A DNA stretch of 64,000 bases from Phyllosticta citribraziliensis (taxonomy: Eukaryota), in assembly GCF_038025025.1 (NCBI RefSeq), contig NW_027117354.1, positions 1-64,000 on the forward strand, in the 5' to 3' direction. The position numbers and the translations under genes were made by a program. Below the pieces are notes generated by a model, which worked only from the letters and a program-made list of their open reading frames with translations, was not told the DNA's origin and ran no database searches. Positions 10,876 to 22,062 of this stretch are shown here, piece by piece; position 1 is the stretch's first letter, and the number at the start of each line of letters is the position of its first letter.

Positions 10876-12532
10876 ATGGCCAGAACCCCGGAGCTCACCG
10901 CCGACGAGCTGAAGCTCGAGTCCCTGGGCCACAAGGGCGAGCTCAAGCGTCAATTTTCCTTTCTGTCCATGTTGGGCCTGGCATTTGCCATTCTCAACTC
11001 CTGGACCGCTCTCTCCGCTTCCCTCTCCCTAGCCCTCCCCAGTGGAGGCAGTGTTGCGGTAGTCTGGGGTCTCGTCGTTGCTGGGTTCTGCAATCTCTGC
11101 CTTGCTGCTTCGTTGGCCGAGTTCCTGTCCGCCTATCCCACGGCCGGAGGTGAGTGTCCAGGAAGAATCCGTCGCCTCAAACTCGTCACTGACTGATTTA
11201 GGTCAATATCACTGGGTTGCAGTTATTGCGTGGAAAAGAACCGTGCCTGCCTTGTCATGGATTACGGGCTGGATCAACTGCTTTGGCTGGATTGCCCTGG
11301 TCTGCACCGGAGGCCTTTTGGGTAGCCAGCTTCTTGTTGGACTCATCGCCCTATACCACCCATCCTACGAGGCCCAGTCGTGGCACCAGTTCCTGATCTA
11401 CATTGCCTACAACGTCATTGCTTTCCTCCTCAACGCCTTTGCCAACTCGGCCCTTCCGCACATCAACAAGGCCGCCATCAGCTGGTCCATTGCTGGCTTC
11501 GCCATCATCTGCATCACCATCCTGGCCTGCGCGTCGCCCAACTACTCCACTGGAAACTTTGTTTTCGGCAACTGGATCAACAGCACCGGCTGGCCCGATG
11601 GTATTGCATGGCTTCTGGGTTTGCTCCAGGGTGGCCTCGGCGTCACGGGCTACGATGCCGTGGCCCACATGATTGAGGAGATCCCCAACGCCTCCGTCGA
11701 GGGACCCAAGATCATGATCTACTGCGTCCTCATTGGCACTGGTACCGGATTCGTCTTCCTCGTCTGCCTGCTCTTCGTCGCCGGCAACATCAACGAAGTC
11801 ATCGAGTCGTCGGCCGGACCGCTGCTCCAAATCATCTTCAACGCGACGCAAAACCGCGCCGGCGCCACCTGCCTGCTCATCTTCCCGCTCGTCTGCATGC
11901 TCTTCGCCACCATCTCCATCATGACGACCAGCAGCCGCATGATCTACGCTTTTGCGCGCGACGGCGGTCTCCCCATTTCGCGGCACCTGGCCAAGGTGCA
12001 CCACTCGCTGGACATTCCGCTCAACGCCCTCATCTTCAGCACCGGCTGGGTCATCGTCTTCGGCTGCATCTTCCTGGGATCGAGCTCGGCCTTCAACGCC
12101 ATCACGGCGGCCTCGGTCGTCGCGCTGGGCGTGTCGTACGGCATGCCGGTCGCCATCAACTGCATGCGCGGGCGCAAGATGCTGCCGCCGCGCAGCTTCA
12201 CGATGCCCGAGCCGCTCGCGTGGGCCGCCAACCTGATCGGCGTCGCGTACGTCATCGTCACGACGGTGCTGTTCGTCTTCCCGCCCGAGCTCCCCGTGTC
12301 GGGCTCCAGCATGAACTACTGCGTCGTCGTCTTCGCCATCGTCGTCATCATCTCGCTCATCACGTGGATCTTTGACGGCGCGAAGAACTACACGGGCCCC
12401 AAGCTCGACGAGGGCCTCGAGGTGCTCGAGGTGGCCAAGACGCGCGGCTCCGAGGAGGAAAGCGCCGATTCGAAGGCGTTTAGTGGTGGTGCGGGTGATA
12501 GCAAAGCTGCTGAGGCTGCGCTTGAGGTTTGA
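10876..12532 (+). CDS. APC-family amino acid/GABA/choline permease (UGA4/HNM1-like); exons 10876-11149 and 11202-12532
   Basis: LGHKGELKRQFSFLSMLGLAFAILNSW, SLAEFLSAYPTAGG|QYHW, GYDAVAHMIEEIPNAS and SSRMIYAFARDGGLP; about 12 TM segments; 52-nt GT-AG intron. Confidence 0.93.
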
Positions 12533-13020
12533 TGGCGTTGCTTTCTTCTCATGACTTTTTCATCTTTTCCCATTTTTTCTTTGGCGTTTTCCCGTTACGC
12601 GCGCACGCTCGCATTTTGACGACACGATGCTCCCTAGCATGGCCCGGCACAAAGCGTTGGATCACTGCATTTTGCACGGCGGGCGGCGGCGCTCACACAT
12701 ACACATACACACAAAGGTATGTAGTATAGTGTACAAATTGCATCATCATCATCACGTACTGTAGATACCCACATATACAACAAGCATTGTAAATACACAC
12801 AACCATGTATGCACCGTACGAATCAACATCAGACGTGTACCTAAACAAGAGATGCACTTCCCTTCCTTCCGCGCCACCGCCACCCAAGCCCTGGGCGCAG
12901 CAGCAGGCACACCGCCCGCCCGCCCGTCCGCCCGCAGACTTGGTTTCCATCAAACACGTCGCGTGCGCACGCGCATACACGCGGCTAGCAGTAGCTGAGC
13001 TGCATGTAGCATGTATCAGG

Positions 13021-13662
13021 TGGGTAGGTAAGGTAGGTAGGTAGGGAGGCAGAGTCGACGCGGCATCCGTCATTGACATACATACGCGCGCATGTAGACA
13101 ACAGGACAAAACGCCGTTTGTTTGGTTTCACACCGCCCCGTCGCGCGCGAAAAATTAGCTTGTCTGGCTGGTGGGGAAACAGGAAATGAGAAACAGCCTG
13201 AGAAATGCGCGGGGTGGCGGTGAGGTGAGTGGCTGGTGGTGGGAAGGATGTTGGTACAGTGGGAGGGGGGTAAAGGGTAAGGGTGAGAGTGACGATGAGA
13301 GAAAGGCAGCTTGGGCGGACTGAAGAGGTACCAGGTAAGTCGGTAGGTAAGAAACAGGCAGACTGAAGATACAGAGATATGCCTCCGCACATTACAGCAG
13401 AGAAACTTCCGTACACGACATGAAACAGAACCTCAACACCACAGCCATCGTCCACCACACACCTCTTCTCTGGTCTGTCGCGTGCCCCATGCATACACAC
13501 ATCAACCCCAACCCCAAGCCACCATCCATCCACCCTTCGACAGACAAACGCATCTGCTATCCCCGTCCAGCAACTACGCACGCGACAGCCAAGGCGATGC
13601 GGCGACGCCTGCGCACTAAATGATGACCAAATAACCTAGCCAAGCAGCCAAGCGCCCAGCAT

Positions 13663-13705
<43 letters not shown>

Positions 13706-13721
13706 GGACAGACAGGTTGGC

Positions 13722-13758
<37 letters not shown>

Positions 13759-14190
13759 CGCACATACATTCGTCATCTATGTAGGTAGGTAGATAGCGTG
13801 GGTAAGCCAAGCCAGACCAACCAGTTTGAAAAGAAAAAAAAAAATTTGTATCTCGAGGGTATTAAGCGTATCTCTAACCGCACACGCAGGCGTATCTGTA
13901 TCTGTATCTGTATATGTACCAATCATCAACGCAGTCGAAAACACCCATGAATCCAAACGCACCGTCTGTCTATTTTTCGGGTTGAAGTTCTGGCAAAGGA
14001 CCGGCATGTACGCAGACGCAGCGGAGGACCAAGCAGCCAAGCAAACCCGAATCGACCCAAGCCATCTCTCGTGCGAGCCGCATGGCGCGCCCAGCGACAA
14101 GGCGCGACGAGACGCGCCGCGCCGGCCGTGTCTGCCAGTTGTCCGTCTGTCAACCTGCGAGACAGCAAGCAAGCAAGCAAGCAAGCCTGC
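13021..14190. repeat. Microsatellite mosaic: (GGTA)n ~13021-13045, (GACA)n 13667-13714, (GCAA)n 13720-13757 and ~14164-14185, (GTATCT)n ~13892-13912
   Basis: Tandem tetra- and hexanucleotide repeats read directly in the convergent intergenic region. Confidence 0.9.
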
Positions 14191-15222
14191 CTCCGTCCCC
14201 TTGGCAAACCGTCGCCGAGCCAGGTGCAGATCCATAGGATGGTGCCCCCACGCGACGGACAGACAGACGGACGGACGCCGCTGCGGCTGGAAAAGGCAGG
14301 GAGGGGGAAGAAGAAGAAAGCGAAGAAAAGAAAAGAAAAGGACGCAAGAGACAAGAAAACAACGCCACAACACCGCACTAAAAGGAAGCGAACAAGCAAG
14401 CATGGACCGTATCAATCATCGCATTCGTTGCCCAGCAAGCAGGCATATGTTCTTCGGATTCGGACGCGAACTTGTCTATCCACCACCACCGCCGCCGCCG
14501 CTGCCGCCGCCACGCCCACGGCATGCGCGCGCGCAATCGACCGTCTCAGTCTTGTGTATGTATCGTATCAAACTCGACAAAAAGGGACTTTTCTTTTGGA
14601 GGGGGTTTGCCCTCAGCTTCTCTCATCTTGTTTTTTTGGTTGTTCGGTGTTGTTGTTGTTGTAGTTGCTTGAAGCGCGTTGAGCCAGCCGCGGGGCGATA
14701 GAGAAAAGGAAGAGTAGGTAGAGATGGAAAGCTGACAGCATTTCTGCCATGGCTGCCGTCATCGCCGCTGCTGACCAATCTGAAGCAGAGCTGAAGAAAC
14801 CTGCTTGATTGACTTGGTGACCCGCGGCCCAGTTGGTCTTTTCTTTTTGTGCAACCCCCAACCCACCACCGACCCAACGGCTGAAACGCAGGCCAAACCG
14901 AAAACGTTTGTTCCAAACCCATCAACAGCCCAGACACCAGTTTCCCGAAACCTGTTGCGCCTTGCTAAAACGTCGTGTGTGTATCGCGTGCGGGGAGAAA
15001 AACAACAAATTGGCTGAAGCCGTTCAAAACTAATACAGACTGAAGAGCACAAGCGAAAGGCGGGAGCCCGTGGTTAGTGGCTGAGCATAAAGTCTCAGTC
15101 ATGCACGCATGGAAGAGCGATGAGCGGTATCACAAGCGGTGTGATCGGCTCTGCAGGTCCGATATGGCGTGCCGCGGCGCGACGGCTCAGGAAACACAGT
15201 CAACGTCCGCCTGTGGCGCAGC

Positions 15223-17033
15223 TTAGCTGGCGCCAACGGACCACTCGACGACCTCGAGCGCAAGCATGACGAGGATAAGCGTCGAAGGCAAAATCCTGAA
15301 AGTGGGCGGTTAGCAGCTGGATTGCATGTAGTACAGGGGTGCAAAGCTTACCACACGACGTAGCTCTGGAACAAAAGCTTGCTCATCGCCCCCATGTAGA
15401 CGTTGTTGAGCTGGCAGATCTGGGCCAATTGCAACGCGCTCGGGGCGCCTGTGAGCAAGAAGCAGACAATCATGAAGATCGGGTCGTCGATGATGCTCAC
15501 GGGAGCGTACTTGGCCAAGACTGCCAAGATGGGAGCCATGACTATCGTCGGTAGTACCATGCGGCTCACCAGCGAAGCAATTAGCAGCTTCTTCTCGTCC
15601 TTGGCATCCACGAGGTCCTGGGCCGTCTCCTTGGGCAGGGTGTTGCGTGCGAGGTTGGCGCCAAGCACAACCAGAATGAGGGGTACAGCAACGCCTCCTG
15701 ACTGCTTGACGGCGCGGGTGACGGAGTTGTTGATAAAGGTTCCGGGGTCGAAAAAGAGGTGCTGAAGAGGAGGCACAGAGGCGACAATCAATGCGGCGAG
15801 CATAGCCCACAGGGGTGGGTTCATAAACTCCCAGAGACCGCGGAGAAATCTGCCCATGCCAGCCGAAATCGCAGACAGAACCTTTTGAACGGGCTTGGGG
15901 AAAGATTCGAAGAGGGATCGGAAGGCGGTGGAGACGGCATCCGACATGGTGGCAAACTTTTGCTTGATGTATTGTTTGGCGGACTTGGTCTTTGTGCGGC
16001 GGTTGAAGGACACGGCGGGCAAATCTTCTGAGTGATGACGGTGGCCGCCCAAGTTTCCAGGTCCATCTTGGACAGCGTTTCCGTTGGTGGGTGTCGGGTT
16101 GGCTTTGCCGTTGATATGTCCCTCGTTGGATATCACCGAGTCTTGGTCGTCGTCCTTCTTCACCGGGGTGATGCTGCCAGAGGCAAATGTGGAGTCTGGC
16201 TGCAAGTGTCCGTCGTCTTGGCCATTGTCTTCGTCTTCCAAAAGGTTGCGACGTTCAATCGAGGCCGAATCTTCGTAATCGCCATTTTCCAGAGAAGCAG
16301 AAGCACCCATATCTTCGTCGTCATATTCGCTGGCAGGCCTCAACAGAACCTGATATCCCCAAGTCCACCTCACAAGCTGGCCGAGCTGTTGGAAAATGAG
16401 CAGGTACAAGATTCCGCGGGCGCCGACTTCGTCATCATTGTCGCCAGGAACCTGGTCCCAGTGGAGGCCTTGGATGGTCTTGGAGAGGGAGAGGACGAGC
16501 GAGATGGGTAGAGAATTGGAATTGGCAAAGACCTGGACAAGTTAGGAGGGGACCAATGACAGCAGGGCGGGGTTGCTCACAGCCATGGCGGTGATGAAGT
16601 TAAGAGGCCTCTTCCGCTTAAAGCCGAAGAGACGGCCGACGAGCTGGGAGGAGCCCCAAGACACCAGGGTAAGGATGACGAATATAACGGGGATAATGGC
16701 GAGATCGACCAGCTTGTCGGCGGTGAGTTGCGAGGCTAGTTTGGTGAAGACTGTTCGGTGTTAGCCGTGTTGGTGGCGCTGGATCGCAAACAAAGACGTA
16801 CTCAGACAAGGTGTGAATAGTTGGACGTTGAGGTTGGCGACGAATTTCTGGGCATTTGCGTCGAACATGCCCTGGCGGGCGACGATGTAGCCGGGCAAGC
16901 TCACGCAGACGACCTCCATGACGGCCTCGAAGACGAGCAGGGTGAGGTGGAGGAAGTTTGGATGCGACGAGTGGGCTCCATTGGGCGAGGCATCAAAGGA
17001 ACCGGCGGCGAGGGCAGAGTCGGGGAGGGCCAT
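15223..17033 (-). CDS. Auxin efflux carrier (Mem_trans / PIN-like, ECM3/YBR287W-like) transporter; exons 17033-16802, 16750-16581, 16532-15352, 15295-15223
   Basis: LVFEAVMEVVCVSLPGY, NLNVQLFTPCL|IFTKLASQ, VFANSNSLP, FMNPPLWAM, GGVAVPLILVVLGANL, APSALQLAQICQ and terminal exon ILPSTLILVMLALEVVEW. Three canonical introns with consistent phases. Confidence 0.92.
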
Positions 17034-17871
17034 GGTCGCAAAGTCGTTTGCGGCGGGTGGCCGGTGGGCGGCGAAATGCATTTTGAGGGTTTGATTGAGA
17101 TGTTGGGGTGGAGGATTCGATAGCGGCGCTGTGGGGGTTTGGTGTCGCAGAAACGGTTTGAGGGCGCGGCGCGCAAAAGCGAGAGGCGGGCGGGCCGGGT
17201 CGGCGAAGAATAGGGTACCGTAGGTCAGGCCAGTGGACAGCCAGAGGTGAGGATGATGTTGGGGGAGCGTGGAAAATAAAAAGGCGGAGCTCGAGGATCA
17301 AGACGACGGGTGAATGACCTTGTCTTGCTGCAGAGTGGCGAGGCGCGGCAGACCTTGGCAGCGTACGAGAGCCACAAGCACAGCCCACGACGACCCACGG
17401 GCGGTGACTTGGCGGATACGATGTTTTGTTTGACGTGCAGATGCAGGTTTCCAGCGGTGCCAGGGCGCAATATCATGGTTTGGACCTGGAGCCGACGCGC
17501 GGACAGGATGGATGCGATGACGGGGAATTGCTGACGTGCCTCTGATGGTGGTGATGTCCAGCCCACCTCAGGCATAGCTTCATTACGTCAGGTCCCATCC
17601 AACTTGCGGTACACTTTCTCGTCGCGCCAAGCCATTCTCATCCAACTGTAGTCAACTGAACTGAACACCCTCCTCTACCCACGCCCGTCCGCTTCGGTTC
17701 CTCTCACGCTTCTGTCCTGCTTGTCACTCGTGCTTGACAGCTCCCTCGGTCGCACCGCCACACCTCTTCAATGCTCTGACCCAATTCCTTCTCCTCCTCC
17801 TCCTCTTCACTTCTCTTCCCCACCGAACAAAGCCTCCCTCCCTCTTCCCCGACTTCTACCCCGCCCTCATC

Positions 17872-19960
17872 ATGAGCACCCCGACCGAAGATCTCTCCGA
17901 CATACCCTCCCCCCTCGAATCCCCCTCGAGCCCCGACCTCCCCTCTCCTACCTCTCCGACCGCTCACCTCTCCTCGGACCATGCCCGTCCGTCGCCTCCG
18001 CTCGGTCGCTCCGTCTCAGACGCCCCCTCGACCTTGGGCATGACCTCTTCATCGACGCCCTTGGGCAACCTCAACGCCGCGAGGCGACCCGCTCCCAAGG
18101 CTCCCCCGATTTCGAGCAGAAACAGCGGCCTCAATGTTTCGCAAGACATTCTCGCGCGCATACAAAAAGTTCACCTCGGCAGGCAGGGAGCCCCTCCCCC
18201 CAACCCCATGCGTCAGCAGCAGTCCTCCCCGGCAGTCACGTCGAGCCCTTCACCGTCCCCCGGCTTCGTCGCGAACCCTGGCGGCGTCCCAGGCAACTTC
18301 AAAATGCCCAATACTCCTGGCAAGCCATCCATCCCCCACTTTCCGTCAGCGCCCGCCATACCGAGCTTGGCCGGAACCGGTCCCAAAAAACCCTCTTTGG
18401 CTGAGAAACGCGGCATGGCTCTGCCGGGAGGCCTTCCCGGCGCAAGTCCCAATGGTGCTACTGCCAAAACGACGCCGGTCGGCAGGAAAAAGCCCGGTTT
18501 GAAGCTATCCGACATGAGCGCCCCTGCCGCGGGCCCAGCCGACAGCCAAGCAGGCCCTGCGCAACCAAACGGAGGGTCCATGATGGACAAGTATGCCGAG
18601 TACCTCGACAAGGAGACGGGGAACCTGCACTTCAAGGGCAAGGCTGTCCTGACGAACCAGGGCGTCGAGTTTGCCAGCGGCCACAGCTTCAAGATCTCGC
18701 TTGACGAGGTCGACACATTGGACGAGCTTGGCAAGGGCAACTACGGCACCGTCTACAAGGTGAGGCATAGTCGGCCCCAGATGCGGAGACCAGGGCTGGG
18801 TCTGGCTGGCAACAAAGCCCAGTCCATGCCCGTCATCTCCAATTCCCCCGTCGCCCGCAAGGTTGCCGATGCCGATGAAGCCAGCCCGACGTCGAAAATG
18901 GCCAGCGGAGGTACCGGCTTGATCATGGCCATGAAGGAAATCAGACTCGAGCTCGACGACGCCAAGTTCGCCGCAATCATCATGGAGCTCGACATTCTGC
19001 ACCGCTGCATATCCCCCTTCATCATCGACTTTTACGGCGCCTTTTTCCAGGAAGGCGCCGTCTACATTTGCATGGAGTTCATGGATGGAGGCTCTATCGA
19101 CAAGATATATGGCGAAGGGATCCCCGAAAACGTCTTACGTAAGATCACACTTGCAACAACCATGGGTCTCAAGTCCCTCAAAGATGACCACAACATCATA
19201 CACCGCGATGTCAAGCCCACCAACATCCTCATCAACACCAAGGGCCAGGTCAAGATTTGCGACTTTGGTGTAAGCGGCAACTTGGTCGCAAGCATAGCCA
19301 AGACCAACATTGGCTGCCAAAGCTACATGGCGCCGGAGAGGATATCTAGCGGCGGCGTAGCACAAGCTGGCGCCAACCCTGGAGGTGGAACCTACAGCGT
19401 GCAGAGTGACATTTGGAGTCTGGGCTTGAGCATCATTGAATGCGCCATGGGCAGGTACCCGTACCCTCCAGAGACGTACAACAACATCTTCTCTCAATTA
19501 TCGGTAAGTCGCCGTTGGCCTTTTCACAGGATGAGTACTCACCATAGCGTAGGCAATCGTGGACGGAGAGCCTCCTGATCTCCCTGAAGAGGGATTTTCA
19601 GAGGCAGCCAGGAACTTTGTCAGGGGATGTCTCAACAAGATCCCGAATCTGCGCCCGACGTACGCGATGCTACTCCAACACGCCTGGCTGGCGCCATTGT
19701 TGAAGCCAGCGACCATTACAGAAGAAGACGAAGACGAAGACGCATCGGCCTCAGGGACAGTGGATGTATCCTACCTGGGTCCGGCGGCGCCGGAAGACCC
19801 GGAGGTGGCCAACTGGGTGATAGACGCACTGGAGAAGAAGCGACTCGGCACGCTGCATCAGAGCTCGAAGCCTGCCCTACATGCGGTACCCCTCGACGCC
19901 GTGAACACAGACTCGCCGACGGAGGCTCCGCCAGGCACGGAAACAGCGGCAGCGGAGTAG
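17872..19960 (+). CDS. pbs2: MAP kinase kinase Pbs2/Wis1 (HOG pathway); exons 17872-19503 and 19553-19960
   Basis: Pro-rich N-terminus, ELGKGNYGTVYKV, MAMKEIRLELD, IIHRDVKPTN, DFGVSGNLVASIAKTNIGCQSYMAPERI and YNNIFSQLS|AIVDGEPPDLP. Confidence 0.96.
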
Positions 19961-20539
19961 TCCCGGACCCGCTCGGGCAGATGCCTTGGGTACCCAGTTG
20001 CTACGAAAACCCCTCAACGTTTGTCGACCAGCTCATTGCTTGGTCCAATCAAGCGATGACACATGGAGCCAGTCACCCCAAGCCTTGGATCACGGGCCTT
20101 GATGATGAGAAAACCGAAGACGCAACGACGGACACTCGTTATACAGAGAAGGGCACTTGAGGATTCCACAAACTATTTTACCAACCGGCCGGAGTAGCGG
20201 ATCCGGACCTCGGAAGTCGACGTCCAGCACTCGGGATTTTACTTTGCCCCTTTTCTCATTCACGGAACACCTAAACGTATGGACGGGATGGGACCCGAAT
20301 GGTATGGGTAGGATGACGGGAACTTCGTGCTCAGGGCAGTCAGGCGGCGGGGGGCGGCAGCATGGGAGTGTGGAACGGGGGTTGGGAAAGGGACCAGTGA
20401 CATTTTTGTTCACCCAATACCTCTGTTTCTTCTCCTTTTATTGTTTCTCTCTTGTTACGATTCGACCACTTCTCCTGTCACTTGTTTTTTCTTTTTTGGC
20501 TATTGTGAAAGCATGCATTATGAGACCAGATGGGATAAG

Positions 20540-21010
20540 ATGGGTATACACAAGCACACACACACTTTTACACTTTTACACTACTTTACAACTCTTCATA
20601 CACACCACCAGACGCTTCCGACCGACCGACCGACCGACCGACACTTCATCGAACCCCGGTACGCTGCGCATACTTGGATACAGACAGAAAGACGACTGCT
20701 CCGGCTGCTACGATTATTACTACTACTACTACTACCACTCTCTCACATACATAACATACTCTCCTACCACACCACTACTACTACCACCACTACTACCACC
20801 CAACCCATCAATAAAACTCCATCAGCTTGACTTGGCTTACGCGACGTCTCTATCGCTGTTGGTCTAGATGTGCTCGCTGCTCTTCGACCGGACTAGACTA
20901 TGGATAGGGCGGGGCATGTAGACGCGCAATGTCACATCTCGTGCGCTGAATTTGCTTGCTCTGCCGCCCCTCCCCTCCCCTCCTCCCCTGGCTCTTCTTC
21001 TTCTTGTTCT
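20540..21010. repeat. Microsatellite/low-complexity mosaic: (CA)n, (CCGA)n ~20619-20642, (TAC)n ~20713-20740, (CTA/CCA)n, (CCCCT)n, (CTT)n
   Basis: Read directly between the convergent pbs2 and dug2 genes. Confidence 0.85.
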
Positions 21011-22062
21011 TGCTGTTCCTTCCTGCCTTAATGTGGTACACGGGCAGACTGGCAGCGATATAGCAGCAGCACTCTCTAGAGCGCTTGTAGAATAGTCAGG
21101 TGCCGCTCACCATGCAGCTTGCTCGCTCGCTATGGCAGCAAGACACCAAATGCCACGATGGCGATGAAAGTAAGTGTGAAAGCCACCTGCACGCCGCCAT
21201 TTCGTCGCCCAGAAACAGCAAACAAATCCATTCCGCGACTCCACTCGTCGCCGCGAAGCAAGTAGGCAGGCAGGCAGGCAGGCATGGGAGCAATCACCAA
21301 CTCGCACGCTGTCGGCGCGCAGCAGTGGGACGGCTCCTCAGTTGAATTGAGACGCGCTAACCCCTGGGGTCGTTCGATGGCAGCCAGCGGTGAGCACCAC
21401 TGTCGTCCTGACTTACGGTACTTTCCAGTCAGTCCGCCAGCGTGATGGTCGGAGGCGGACGGACCTACTGCGCACCACCTCCACCACCACGACGCTTCTC
21501 TACCGCCTCCACGTCACCCTCAGCGCAACAAGCGCTCCCAAGAAGAAAACGAGAGACGAAGCGAACGACGAAGCGGAAAGTATACGATAGATGGGAAGGC
21601 GTGAAACATCAACGTCGTTCGATATATATATGTGAAGAGCCAAGTAGATGACGGTAGGTGGGAAAGTAAGCCCGACAGACGCACCCCAGACAATACAAAT
21701 CCAAATTACAAAAGCTTACTCCGCGGCATCCAGCGCGACGACACGTCAACGCCGCACGCACGTACTGTACTGCGCACCCGTCCGTCCGTCGCCTTGTCGT
21801 TTACGTTTCAACTGTTCGATTCCCTTTGGAATTTGGATTTTTGATGCCACTCCCGGGAGCATCCAGCGCCCGGGAAGCGATGCGATACGATAGAAATACA
21901 CCAGGGTCAATCTGCTGACAGACAGACGAGTAAAGAAAACCGGCCGGAAAGATGTGAAAAAAGCGTCGACGCCTCCCTTTCTCCCCTTATGCACCCCAAC
22001 CCAACAACACCACCCCCCACCCACTTCCAACACCTTTGGCCCCCCTCCCCCTCACAGCTACG

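Noticed and set aside
4028..12532. GMC oxidoreductase as part of a secondary-metabolite cluster
   Set aside because: No PKS, NRPS, terpene synthase, P450 or pathway transcription factor in the window.
13268..13286. GGTAAAGGGTAAGGGTGAG telomere-like run
   Set aside because: Not TTAGGG; too short and degenerate to call an interstitial telomere.
13777..14701. 200-290-aa ORFs across the microsatellite region (also 20157-20867, 31490-32170, 35609-36235)
   Set aside because: Translations are simple-repeat artefacts (poly-Y, poly-H, ACLL, SVCL).
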